Positions 38,157 to 50,188 of a stretch of 64,000 nt of DNA are shown here, piece after piece (within the stretch, counting starts at the first letter, position 1; every line of letters starts with the position of its first letter). Source of the stretch: Picochlorum sp. SENEW3 (Eukaryota); the NCBI GenBank assembly GCA_034226945.1, contig CP120455.1, forward strand, positions 744,001 to 808,000, in the 5' to 3' direction. The notes below the pieces were generated by a model, which was given only the letters and a program-made list of their open reading frames with translations, did no database searches and was not told the origin of the DNA. The position numbers were made by a program, and so were the translations under genes.

Positions 38157-38508
38157 CGTTTGCTGCAGACAATCACGCAATTCCTTCTCCCTTAACACTA
38201 TGTGTAATGCATATGACTCAGAGTATCTGAAAGGCGGTGTCGTGCGTCCCAACCAACGTCATTTTTCTCTCAATGTATTTCTTTTGTAGGCAAACACACA
38301 CACCCACACACGACCCTGGCCTCTCTGATCGCGATGAATCAATCACAAATCTGACTTCAATTTTTTTAATACCCATCAGATCTCTTGCATGCTTCTAAGG
38401 CATGCGATCGGTCCATTTCGCAATCGCAAGGCCCCTGCCCTAGATAAAAAATTTCTGAGATGGAATCATTATGAATCTTATGACCGGATACTTTGACCGT
38501 ATTCGTAT

Positions 38509-40013
38509 ATGAATCAATTCATTCGTGTTCTAGAGACGATGGATTTGGTAGAATATATAGGAGGCTTGCCTCCTGTGCATATTGAAAGACTGTATGACCA
38601 TGGGCCTTGTACTTGTCTGGCTGTTTTTCGATCTCTTCCTTTGTTGGAAAAGCAGTATATCTATAGGATGCTATTCTGTTCGGATGGAATTCCACGTGCG
38701 TAATTGATGGTGTCTTGTTGACGTGGTGGTGGTTTGTTACCAAACTCTTGTTGGGGTTGCAGTTGAACTTGTACTATCGTGGACGAAAGTAGACAAGGAT
38801 GCACGCCATCGTGCCTGTATGGATATGCTGAAACGGTTACGTATTGTGAGGAGAGGGGAGGGGAGTGTCTATGGTATGCATGAGGGGTTTCAGAGGCATG
38901 TGCAGAGAGCATTAGGAGGAGCACGTGTGTCTGGAGGGACATGTGTGGAGGATTTGCCCAATCAAGACGTGGTAGATGCGTATGCATGGGATCAATGGGA
39001 GGTTTGTTATGTCGCATTGTAGTGGTGTAGTGGTTGGATACTCATTCATAGTTGTATTGCAGAGAGTATTATTGTTTGCTATTGGGACAGGAGACGAGAC
39101 AATAGAAGATGGGGCTGCTGGCCTCGTTGGCGCTGGAGGACTTGATTTAAAGGCCATCATGATATCGAGTGGATTAATTGCAGAGAAAGAGAAGGGTTCT
39201 TATTGCATTACGCAGACTGGGTTCCGGTTTTTACTGTCTGACACGCACACACAAGTGTGGGGTATTCTGCAAGAGTACATCAAGCATGCAGAGAGCTTTC
39301 GATCAAGCGATTTATTCGACATGCTCATAGAATTCATACTGCAGTTAGGGTTTCAGAGAGATTGTATGTCGATGCAGGAATTCTCTCCGGAGAAGAAGGA
39401 GATTTCCTCAGACTTGTGTCGGTTAGGCCTGTTGTATCCTTTTCAGAAGGGCCCACGTAGGGATGACGTATACCTGGTTCCTACAAGGCTCGCAGTGATG
39501 CTGTCAAGTAGGTCTGATGCTTCGGTTAGAGAGGATGGCTTTATTATTGTTGAGACAAATTATAGAGTGTACGCGTATACATCATCACCATTGAAACAGT
39601 CAATATTGAGATTGTTTGTCCGGTGTGATGTACTGCTGCCAAATTTATTCGTAGGCACGATTACAAGAGATAGCGTCATGTCCGCATTAGAGAGTGGTGT
39701 CACTGCTGAACAGATCATAGGATATTTAACGGAGCATGCGCATAAAAAGACGCAGTCTCGAATTCCCATTGTCCCAGGTGTGGTGACAGATCAGATCCGG
39801 CTGTGGCAGAAAGAGATCCAGAGAATGGAGACCTTCCCGGCAGTGTTGTATAAGAATTTTGAGACTGAAGCATTGTACAAAGATATTGCGGTATTTACAG
39901 AAAAGATCGGTGCTATGGTTTTCGCGGATGAGTCAAAGCAGGAAATTGTGGCTGTGTCATCATTCCATGAGCAGATTCGAGAGAAAATAAAATTGCTGAA
40001 ACAAAATATGTAA
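38509..40013 (+). CDS. TFB2: TFIIH subunit p52/Tfb2, 3 exons
   Basis: CLAVFRSLPLLEKQYI, ITQTGFRFLL, GFIIVETNYRVYAYT and VTDQIRLW. Introns 38696-38762 and 39002-39062. Confidence 0.93.
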
Positions 40014-40015
40014 TT

Positions 40016-40876
40016 CTAGGCAGTTTCTGCCTTTATATCTGATAATGTATTGCTATATGGTTTCAGAGCTTCCATTAATACTGGTAGTGTTTCAGGTATA
40101 CCTCCCTTGATTTCAAAGTCCAGGAGCAAGCCTTTGTCTTGATAAAATTCTTCCACAGGCTTTGCACTTGCCTTGTACACCTCCAGACGCCTGAGAATCG
40201 TCTCCATCGTGTCATCTTCTCTTCTTTCCATATATTGCAAGCATTTCTCGGGAGGATTCAATGGTGGCATAATTATGGCAGACTTGCCATCTTTTGCTGC
40301 CACATGAATATCAGCAATGTTATAATTATCACCACATTTGGAGCAGATCCTCCTCCCCAGACATTTATCCACCAAAACTTCCTCTCTGAGATCTAAATTT
40401 ACAGCTAGCTGAACATCAGCAATTGCATCCAATGCTTGAGCCTGATGTCGTGTCCTGGGAAATCCATCCAAGAGAAATCTGTGCACCCCTTCAAGGGCGT
40501 CTGCTCGTATTCGTTTCCTGAGAACTTGAAGGATCAAATCATCTGACAACAACTGTCCACTCTTCACAACATCCTGCATTTTGATTCCTAAAGAAGATTT
40601 TGCTTTGATTTCGTCACGAACGAGATCCCCAGCGGCAATATGCGAAAAACCAAGTGCTTGAGCTACCCGCTTCGAATACGTCCCTTTGCCAACACCCTGT
40701 GGGGTGGATGATATCAAATGAGATGTAAAACATTACAAAATGGTATGATAAACGTTTCAAATACGTACGGGTGGACCAAGGAAAACCCAGGCAAGAGTGC
40801 TGGAGTCGTGGACAGCATCGCTAAAGCCACGACGCAGAAACACGTGCTTCAGCAGTTTCAGGGCGTTTCCTCCCAT
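40016..40876 (-). CDS. Adenylate kinase, organellar, 2 exons
   Basis: P-loop WVFLGPP|GVGKGT assembled across intron 40697-40768; LLDGFPRT; LID CSKCG. Confidence 0.93.
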
Positions 40877-40896
40877 TTTATTACTTTCAATTATTT

Positions 40897-43800
40897 TCAA
40901 ACTACTTGATCCTGTGACAAGACCATATGTATCAGGGAATCGATCCCTTGCTTGATGCCTTTGGAGACATGGACTCTCTGAACTTCGCTGTATGGCCACA
41001 AGGGAAGACCTAGGGCATCATCCAGTCCATGAAGACGCTTCTCATCGCCACCGAGCACGCCCAAAGACTCGTCTACGATGATCTCGCATTTCTGTAATCC
41101 TCCGACCAGGTCAGAAGCGTCGCTTGTCCATGGTACCATGACGGACTCCAAGCACTCTCCACCCTTCATGTATGCTGGGAAAACAACAGAGGTGAAGTCG
41201 CTCATGTTCAAATTCAATTTATTTGCCAACCAGCGGAGAGCTAATGGTCGACTCGATCTCACTGGGGTAATATGAAGAGCTGCCAAGTTCCTTTCTTTTT
41301 CTTCTGGAACTATCTGCAAAGTGAAATTGGCTCTGAAACCTTTAGATCTCAGTTTATTCTTCAAGCGGGCAGCAATCAGGCCTGTAAGTCGCAGATGTTC
41401 CGTCGTTTTGGCCTTGGGGCCCATGCCACTTGCGAGGATATTCTGCGTTTCTGGATCTAGCTCTAGACAAATATGTCTTGGATGAACACCACTTTCCTGC
41501 TCTTCTCCGACATTATAGAGTAGCTCTTTCAACCTGGGCAGTCTTTGTGAATTCTCTGATGGAGAGCTGATGATTTTCTTGAGCATTCTGTGGAAGGAAT
41601 TTCTGTCCCATGAATAATCTATAAGTCTTTCATATTCATCTTTGGCAAACCATTCTCCTCCTTGCTGCAGCCAAATATCTGCTCCGCTGTTGCAGATGAT
41701 GAAGCTGATGTTATCCACATCTACTCCATATTTCTTGAGAAGAGAGTGGGAAGTTTCAAAGCCCAGCATACTCATAACACCAATACCAGTGAATTTATTA
41801 ATACCTTTCTCTTCAAATTTCTCTTGAATTTGTTTGATGCAGGAGGCCACGTGCTCTCCTGCACCATCACGATCAAGACAGATAACAACATACTTTTGAG
41901 CTCCAGGGCTCTCATCGGCCAAACTACTGAGTGCCGCCTCCATTTCCATACTTTTAATAACATTAATATCATCCTGAGTAAATCCACTTGCGTTGCGATT
42001 GAGGTTCCTGGGGCTTACCTGCCCAGACAGCAAAGGAGTGTCTCGGGGAGTGCTCAAAGCACTTCTCAATTCCGCACCTTCGTGCGGACTTTGGGGCATG
42101 TCCATATCAACAATGCCGAGTAAGTCCAACCGAGATAGCCTTTTCCTCATCATTCCTGAATACGATCTTCCGGTGTCCACGGAGGGATTGAAGTGCGCAT
42201 ATTCTGCATCCATACTCTCCATGTATCTTTTGCAGTGAGCTGGCCACGAATATGCCATAATATTATTCACTCCGTTTGTCGACATTGTATCCCATGTATC
42301 TTGAGATGTTAGAATTGATAATAGAGCCTCTGCAACAACATCTGAGTCTGTAGGATCCACTACAACACCGTGGTGTAGAGTTGCCATGATATCAACAGGC
42401 CCCCCATTGCAAGTAGCAACAGTAGGCACTCCATGAGCAGCTGCTTCAATTACTGTGAGTCCAAATGGCTCTTGAAGGGCTATATTGACAAAAACTCCTC
42501 TTGTATCTGCTGCAAAAAGATATATGTCGGAGATATCGCTCTGCCCATGATGCTTGGGATATGCCACGGACCCATATAGATCATGTGCATCAATCAATTT
42601 GAGAACCTGAGTGAGAATCTTCTGACTACCGCTTGCCATGGAGTCGATGTTATCTCGATTACCCATAATTAGGACAAGATTAGCTAGCTCTCTCAGCATT
42701 GAGTGTTTTCCAAACGCCTCGACGAGGGTTGTGATGTTTTTCTTTGCATCTGGTCTGGACATGGCAAGGATTGCAGGTTTCACAGGATTCCTCAAAAATC
42801 TTGCAATCTCTTGCCATATTGCTGGACGATTTGGAATAATATCGGCAGGCCGCTGTACTTGATTGATTTCTGCCAAGGAAGATGAAAGACTGCCTGGATT
42901 CTCTGGGCTTTTCAATGAATGAACAGCATCATCTGGCTTGGACTGAGGCATTGGTTGCGATCCTGTGATGTCCACAGGAGACGACACCCTCCGATTCTCG
43001 CTAGGAGAAAATGGCATCATTTCTCTTTCAGCCAGTTCAGCTCGTCGAGCGACAAACTCCTTCACGACAGGGTCTTCTGGAATATTGACCTTCAAATTTG
43101 AAAAATCCAACCCAGGAGGGGAAACTTTCATGTACGGCATATGTCTACCTTGAGATCTCCTGAATCGAACAACTTTTGCAAGTTTTGAATTATAGCCATT
43201 ATATAAACCCCATTGCTCGTCCACTTCTTGCTGGGTTGAGGTGAACACCATGGTGGCAACATCCAAACACCTTTCCTCTGCTTCAATTCTCCTACTGATA
43301 TTGTAACTTGCCTCAATCTCAGAGCGATTCAAGCCTCCTGAAGATAAAAGATGTTCTAACTTATTCCGGCCCAAACTGTGCCCAGTAGTTATCTGAGGCA
43401 CACCCAATGAGCTTGCGATGAGAACAGCAGTCTCTCCTGCGTCTGCATAGTGCCCATGAATGCAATACAACTCGCATCTCCTCCCTGATTCGGCCAATCT
43501 ATTTAGCATCTTATTTATGTGGACTATTCCTCGGTCCGAAAATTCTCTGACATGGGGCCAGAGCTGTTCTTTTGGTATGTATTTGTGTGTTGGCCCACAT
43601 GGCAAACGGACAATGTATGACCCACCAAGTTCACCATTGCCCTTAGTGAGACACTCCTCTGCAACGCCGTAATCGGAGTGAACAGTGGGATCTTTGATCA
43701 TTCTAGTTAATAAATCCACCCTGAAGACTGCCGGATGCAAAGACATTGCTTTGGCAAGCTCCACGACGTATTTTACTTGCCCCCCAGTATCACTGTCTCT

Positions 43801-44580
43801 GCCCAATTCCATATTCTCTCCCCGCACAAGGCCATGTAAACTGATCATAACAATATAGAGCCTATCAAGCTTATTTTCAGATGATGTCTGATGGGCAAGA
43901 GGTGTTGCATCTTGCTTTGGTGACATGATGTATTCCTCAACCATTGCATCAATATCTGCTGTACCGGACACATGATCAGGTTTCGTCTTGATAGAGAGCG
44001 ACTTCTTCGGAATACCTTCCTCGCTTGACACATGAGATGAAACATTCTTATTTGGCACCGATCCATTGGACGCTGGAAGACTTTTTCCCTCGTGAACAGT
44101 CACATCATCCTCATCGCTCGAGTCTTCATCAGAACCAGCATCAGGCTCCAAAATCTCAGGCTCAGCTTCAGATGTCGCCTGTTTTCTCTTTAAATGCCAT
44201 ATTCTCCATGATAGATATTCTAATCGAGCATCTTTCTCGCCCCCATATGGCGATTTCGTCGATGACACAGCCTTGCTCCAAGCATTCTTTAGTGCTTCCT
44301 CATCCAGATTCAACAGGGATCGAACGTAATATCTCGAATACACATTCCTATCTGCATTGGGTCCACGAGAATCTGACGTTTCTGAGGCATATTCTCCACT
44401 CAAACCAAACGTTAACACTGCATCGAACATGAACAAGGTCAGCAATTCAAAGACATGCGGACACGCTGGTTGAAACGTTTCGGAATCCGTCAACACAATA
44501 GCATCGGGATGACACGTACAAGCATTCAAATAACTCTCCACCCAAGCATTATTAGATGTAGTTTCTACCCCAGCAGTCAT
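40897..44580 (-). CDS. SPS: Sucrose-phosphate synthase (plant type)
   Basis: WRIWHL, SLHGLVRGENMELGRDSDTGGQVKYVVELA, HGHYADAG, SRPDAKKN, EPFGLT and an SPP-like C-terminal domain. In-frame intron 44418-44519. Confidence 0.96.
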   Translation of the reverse strand: MTAGVETTSNNAWVESYLNACTCHPDAIVLTDSETFQPACPHVFELLTLFMFDAVLTFGLSGEYASETSDSRGPNADRNVYSRYYVRSLLNLDEEALKNAWSKAVSSTKSPYGGEKDARLEYLSWRIWHLKRKQATSEAEPEILEPDAGSDEDSSDEDDVTVHEGKSLPASNGSVPNKNVSSHVSSEEGIPKKSLSIKTKPDHVSGTADIDAMVEEYIMSPKQDATPLAHQTSSENKLDRLYIVMISLHGLVRGENMELGRDSDTGGQVKYVVELAKAMSLHPAVFRVDLLTRMIKDPTVHSDYGVAEECLTKGNGELGGSYIVRLPCGPTHKYIPKEQLWPHVREFSDRGIVHINKMLNRLAESGRRCELYCIHGHYADAGETAVLIASSLGVPQITTGHSLGRNKLEHLLSSGGLNRSEIEASYNISRRIEAEERCLDVATMVFTSTQQEVDEQWGLYNGYNSKLAKVVRFRRSQGRHMPYMKVSPPGLDFSNLKVNIPEDPVVKEFVARRAELAEREMMPFSPSENRRVSSPVDITGSQPMPQSKPDDAVHSLKSPENPGSLSSSLAEINQVQRPADIIPNRPAIWQEIARFLRNPVKPAILAMSRPDAKKNITTLVEAFGKHSMLRELANLVLIMGNRDNIDSMASGSQKILTQVLKLIDAHDLYGSVAYPKHHGQSDISDIYLFAADTRGVFVNIALQEPFGLTVIEAAAHGVPTVATCNGGPVDIMATLHHGVVVDPTDSDVVAEALLSILTSQDTWDTMSTNGVNNIMAYSWPAHCKRYMESMDAEYAHFNPSVDTGRSYSGMMRKRLSRLDLLGIVDMDMPQSPHEGAELRSALSTPRDTPLLSGQVSPRNLNRNASGFTQDDINVIKSMEMEAALSSLADESPGAQKYVVICLDRDGAGEHVASCIKQIQEKFEEKGINKFTGIGVMSMLGFETSHSLLKKYGVDVDNISFIICNSGADIWLQQGGEWFAKDEYERLIDYSWDRNSFHRMLKKIISSPSENSQRLPRLKELLYNVGEEQESGVHPRHICLELDPETQNILASGMGPKAKTTEHLRLTGLIAARLKNKLRSKGFRANFTLQIVPEEKERNLAALHITPVRSSRPLALRWLANKLNLNMSDFTSVVFPAYMKGGECLESVMVPWTSDASDLVGGLQKCEIIVDESLGVLGGDEKRLHGLDDALGLPLWPYSEVQRVHVSKGIKQGIDSLIHMVLSQDQVV

Positions 44581-45037
44581 ACTTTATTCGTGAATTGGAT
44601 GACGACAAATCAACTACAGTTTCTAGAAGAAAGCCCCTCAGGGAGTCCACGGATACCTTGGATTATCAGTTCATCTACCAAATTAGTTTATAAGGTAAAA
44701 TTTTTCTATTATTTGTCGGGAATACGTATCGGTTGACAACTGATAATGGCAAATACCCTACGGAGATGCTAGGGCATTTGTTTGAATTGACCCCCATGTG
44801 CAAATGCATTCCAATCGGCAATACATACAGGCTGTGGACTACATCAGGTATCGTGGCAATTGCTATTGTCAGAGGAAAACCATCAGTTGTTGGGATGAGT
44901 ATCACTCGGTAGCATAACAACAATATAAGGATATGAATATGCAATATGCATGCCATGATGGGTGGCAAAGACAAGGAATAAATTTCGACGGAAATGCTGA
45001 TTCATACTCAATATCATTCGTTGAGCAGGAGGACGTT

Positions 45038-46056
45038 TCAGGAAAGAGCATCTGCCGTTTCACCGGACCGTTTCTTTTCCAAGAAGTCTACAGCGGTGTT
45101 TTTGACTCCATTCAAGATGAATACTGCGCCAATGATACGAAATCCTCTGGGGACAAGACCAGCAAACATTGCCTGGACGCCTCCTTCCTGAATTATATGT
45201 CGAGCTGTGGAATACATGGTTCTATATTCTGGATTCTTCTTTAGATCTGGAAATGCTTGCATTCTAGTTTTAATTGTATCCGAGGGGTGCGTGGTGACTG
45301 TGCCAAATATGCCTGCTGCTATACCTGCTCCCAAATATGGGCCCCCAGGGATGTCTTTGATAACTGGAGCATCTGTAAACTCTTTTCGCAGAATAGGCAT
45401 CAGCCCCAAGTAACCTGCTGCATATAGTGCCTCCCTCGATACTGTGGCACCCTGCATGCAAGAAGAAGAAGATGATGATGTGTGGTTTCTCTTATGCTGG
45501 ACAAACAAGTGGATGATTGTCTAAATAATGTGCCTTACGGCGAAAAAAAGCACACGTACCAAACCACGATAGATGGTGGAATATCCATACAAGGATGTAT
45601 TGCTCTTGAAAGCCCCGATCAGTGATTTTCCTGTACGCTGCTGATGGATCATCAAGTATTCTGCTGGGCATCCAAAAACTGAAGAGGTTGAACCTGCAAC
45701 CATGGCCATGCCAATCTTCTGCGAATTACTGAGAGGATCGCTTCTACCAGATTCGAGAACCTTCTCGATAGTTCTGTTTACGCCGAACTGAGTAGCGATA
45801 ATGGGAAACATCGCTCCAGCATTTATCTACAAAACAAAGGATAGCAACGTATCTGAGGCATCCGTGCAATCCCGATGAACCGATCTCCTAAAAAACGTAC
45901 AAATAAACCCCTATAATATGCAGAAATATTCGTGGGGAATGATCGCCCTTCTTGAAGGCAGTTTTTCAACGCTACTGTGGGTTGCATTACTCCAACCTCA
46001 ATCAACCCTGCCAGACCACCGATTGCGGTGTGCTCTACAGGAGACACGGATGACAT
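45038..46056 (-). CDS. Mitochondrial carrier family protein, 3 exons
   Basis: Three carrier repeats (QPTVALKN, PAEYLMIHQQ, HPSDTIKTRMQ) with YRG/FAG motifs, spread over three ORFs separated by short introns. Confidence 0.85.
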
Positions 46057-46148
46057 GGCGATGCAACTTTTAATGTCAATAATAAAATTAAGTAATCAAT
46101 GAAGTAAAGAAGTGGCATCAGCATCAATCTAGGATGAATCCATATGGA

Positions 46149-47192
46149 TTACAACAACCACCCATCCTGTCGAAGAACATCCCACAGCTCAGCAGAGATT
46201 CCCTCTGATATCTTCTTGCTCGGCAGATGCGGTGGGGTCCAACTTCCAAATGGCCCACGAGATATGTACGTACTTGAATTCTGATGCTGGAGAGCTTGTA
46301 GGATAAGACAGGCTGCTTTCTCTGGCTTTCTGAGAGTGACAGAGTACAGTACCCCAAATATAGCTGCAATGATGCCGTTTAAACATGTCGGAAATTCGTT
46401 GATGCAAAACTCCCGAGCCATTTTCGTATTGACAACACCCGGATTGACAGACAGACACGCAATGCTTGCATAGTTGTGTTGGTAATATCCCTGCAAAATT
46501 CTCTTCTGTAGCTCCCTTGCTATTAGAACATCAAAGAACTTGGTATTACAGTACTGAAGCTTTCCGTTATATCTATCCAGGCATCTGAAACACTCTGATA
46601 TATTTCCTGAAGCTCCCCAATGTGCGAAAGAACTTACAAACACAACTTTTCCATCATCCGCAACTAAAGACTGCTTCAATACTCCATGGGCAAGATACAC
46701 ATGTGACAGAAAGTTCACTTGAAACTGCAACTCGTACCCATCATATGTTATATTGAGATGCTTTGGTGCCATAATGCCGGCATTGCATATCAGAAAATTC
46801 ACCTTGCGCGACTTGAGCAGGCCTTTGAGGGCTTTTACACAAGCCTTCACAGTTGCGAGACGAGAGAGGTCGCTGTAGACAACCTCGCACGTCCCAAGAG
46901 TACCACATACAGGGATTAGTTGCGAAACCTCTTCTGCTACCTTGTGGGCTCCAGCTGGATCCCTGCACACGAGAATCACGTGACAACCCCTCTTACATAA
47001 TTCAAAACAGAGAGCTTTCCCTAGGCCGCGATTACAGCCAGTTATCACTGCAGTCTTCCCTGAAAGATCTATGTCGTCATTGGTATTGCTACTAGGGCAT
47101 AGTATATTTTCTACAATATTCTCAAATACGTGCCAAAGCCCAAGAAAGTACAAAATCAGGTTGCAGTACACCACATCGAGTCCCTGAAGCAT
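46149..47192 (-). CDS. Short-chain dehydrogenase/reductase (retinol dehydrogenase-like)
   Basis: TGCNRGLG, CNAGIM, VSS, YCNTK (YxxxK) and NPGVVNT. Confidence 0.9.
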   Translation of the reverse strand: MLQGLDVVYCNLILYFLGLWHVFENIVENILCPSSNTNDDIDLSGKTAVITGCNRGLGKALCFELCKRGCHVILVCRDPAGAHKVAEEVSQLIPVCGTLGTCEVVYSDLSRLATVKACVKALKGLLKSRKVNFLICNAGIMAPKHLNITYDGYELQFQVNFLSHVYLAHGVLKQSLVADDGKVVFVSSFAHWGASGNISECFRCLDRYNGKLQYCNTKFFDVLIARELQKRILQGYYQHNYASIACLSVNPGVVNTKMAREFCINEFPTCLNGIIAAIFGVLYSVTLRKPEKAACLILQALQHQNSSTYISRGPFGSWTPPHLPSKKISEGISAELWDVLRQDGWLL

Positions 47193-47424
47193 AATGCACC
47201 CATTATAATAACAAATCTATAAAGAATGTACATTGAAGTTCCCGATCGACACACGAATACCTGTCCCCCATGAGGATCCTTGTCCTGACGATTGTCTTTC
47301 AATTGCAAGGCAACTGGAAGGAGACACACAGATCAGACTGAACCACCATCTGTGACTCATTGATCCCAGGATTACACCATCAGCAGATATTCTGAATTTA
47401 TTAATGGGATTACATAACAAGAGA

Positions 47425-49684
47425 ATGGTTGAGCCCATGGGCAGTGTGCCTGTGTGTTCAGGCATGTGTTCCCCGCTCGTCAAAGTGCGGATAAAACCTT
47501 TCCGAGCGCGGCAGTTTTCTCCATTGGATCGTACCAAACACTGTGGTTTTTGCAGTACTTGGCGCATTAGACCGAGTTTACAGGGAAGACATAGGAATGG
47601 ACAGTTGATACATTCTGGTGGTTCAGGTGGAGTTACTGAGACTAGGCTAGTGGAAAGGAGCGTCATTGAGGACGACTTGCTGGAGCTTCTACGAGCAATT
47701 GAAATATCCATTGCATTGTTATATTTTCTCCTGTTTGTGTCGTGGGAGAAGATTTCTTGCGCAATGCTAGGCAAACAGCTTGACAATGCAAAGGTGGCCA
47801 GACAGCTGGAAGAGATACTGACTCGATTGGGACCAACGTTTGTGAAACTTGCTCAGACCGCGAGTATGAGGCCTGATTTTATTGGAGATTCGTACTCAAA
47901 ATACCTATCCAAGCTTCAAGATAGCGTGAAGCCGTTTGATAATGGGCTGGCTTACTCTATTCTGGAGGCAGAATGGGGCAGACCAATTGAACAGATTTTT
48001 ACAAGTCTCTCTGATGAGCCGATTGCCTCGGCTTCTATGGGGCAAGTCTATCGAGGTGTTCTCAAGCAAGAGTATGGAGGCAAGCAAGTTGCCGTAAAAG
48101 TCCGTAGACCCGGTGCATTTGAAAGCATCAAGACTGACATTGGGCTGCTCAGGAATACGATAGGCATTGTGCAGAAGCTGGCGGGCATCACGAGAGATTT
48201 GAGGGTTTTAGTGGACGAAGTTGGACAAGGATTGCTAGGGGAATGTGATTTTCGCAATGAGGTGAAGAATTCTAAATCCTTCTTGAAAGCTCATAGAAGC
48301 TTGCCATTCATAACAATTCCTGCCCCTGTGGAAGAGCTTTGTTCAGACAAAGTCTTTGTGTCTGAATGGATTGATGGAAAAAGCCCATCTCAGCTTATGG
48401 ATAATGGCGATGTCAGAGATAATCCCAAGGTTCTGAATTTGGTTAGAATGGGAATCCAATGTTCTTTGTCGCAGTTGCTTGTGACTGGATGCATGCATGG
48501 AGGTATGCCATTTTCTGATTTTGTACGCACCTTTATACTGGATTGTCAATGATATGATATCTCTGATCACTTTTGCAGATCCTCATTCTGGCAATCTCCT
48601 GCTGACGAATGACAATCAGCTCTGCTACCTTGACTTTGGGTTGTTAGTATATGTTATGCCAAGTGACCGCCAAGCTATGATGGCTGCATTGGTGCATCTG
48701 GGTTTGGGAGATTGGAAAAGACTAGTAAACGATTTGAATGAACTCAATCTTTTGAAACCAGAAACAAATAAAGAAATGCTGGCTCAAGATTTAGAAAAGG
48801 AGTTTCAGGCAGTGATGTCAAGTGGTGGACAAAATATAGAGCAGGCAGAAGGGAGTATTTCGAAGCAACTTCCATTGCTTAGCTTACAGACTACCAAGCT
48901 TGACTTCAGCACATTGGTAGGAGTCTTATTTAAACTAGCATTCAAGTACAAGTTCCTTCTGCCCCCATTTTTTCCACTTGTCGTTCGGTCAGTGTCTTCC
49001 TTAGAGGGCGTTGCACTGGCAGTTGACCCGAATTTCAAATTAGTCGCTGCTGGGATGCCTGTGGTATTAAATCAACTTTTATCTGATAGAAGGCCTGCGT
49101 CACAAAAGTTATTGAAAGAGTTGCTGCTAATGCCTGGTGGAGACGCACTGAGAGCTGATGAGACCACCAGGCAGATCTTGCAAGTGTGGTTATCTGCCGC
49201 CCAGCAAGCGAATAGAATTGATAGTGATGATGAAGAAAGCTCGCCATCTGGAATTTCCAAGTCAACAGCGATGGATATGAAAAACCTGCTTCTTGATAGG
49301 AGAAACGTGCCTCTGAGGAGAACATTAATTATGTCCAATCCAGCTTCCACCATTGCGGCCATGGACCAGGAAACCAGGGAACAGTTGTTAGATATCTTGT
49401 CAGAGGTGATGAGCAGTGATACAGCTGGAGAATTAGCATCTGGGATTCTTAAATCCACACCTGCTGCAAGAGCACAGAGAAAGAGGCTTGCCATGCTCTT
49501 CAAAGCCTCTGTTCCAAAAGTATTTGACAGTCCTCCTAAAAACATATTTGAACTCATCAAATTCACAATCGCTGTGTTTTGGGCATTCATCAAAGCGATT
49601 TATAAGAGAATTGCGAAAAACGTGTCGTCTTGGTTTCACCCAAAAGAGAGATCGCCATCCGAACACCAGAACAAATTTTCCTAA
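47425..49684 (+). CDS. ABC1/UbiB atypical kinase, 2 exons (start uncertain)
   Basis: LGPTFVKLAQ, PIASASMGQVY, VAVKVRRP, HG|DPHSGN and LDFG. Intron 48503-48578. Confidence 0.92.
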
Positions 49685-50188
49685 GATTTGATACATTTGC
49701 TCAATTTACTCTCCGCGATAGCAACCGTGGGGAACTTGTATGTAATTTTATTCTGACATAGAGGACATGTTTTAATAATGCCTGCTCGCATCACAGCTGA
49801 TCCGGTCTTAGCATGCTGTCGTTGTGACCTTCTCACAGTCGAAGCGGATAGCTTTTCCACATGACCTGCCTCCTGCGACACAGGACAACCACATCGCCTG
49901 CATAGACGAGCTATTTGAGCATTTGACATCCCATGATTCCGAGTGGCACTCTCTATTTCCTACATATCATATGTGATGCAATCACAATTCTATCTTCAAC
50001 TCTCATTTTCCTTTGGTTTTCAAGCCAAAGTTGCATACCTTCAAACATCTCCTCCCGAGATAGCTCGCATACGCAGGTGACACAGCAACCATTCTACTCG
50101 CAGCAGAGAATAAAAACTTAATTCTTTTCGCGTGAGGCAACTTCGAAGAGTCCTTCTTGCTGACATCTCGGACGGAAGACGGAGGCAT
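49681..50188 (-). CDS. Rpr2/RPP21/Snm1-family zinc-ribbon protein (RNase P/MRP subunit-like), 2 exons
   Basis: RIKFLFSAA helix, RLCRRC and TCPLC zinc ribbon. Intron 49960-50038 joins the ORFs in frame. Confidence 0.68.
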
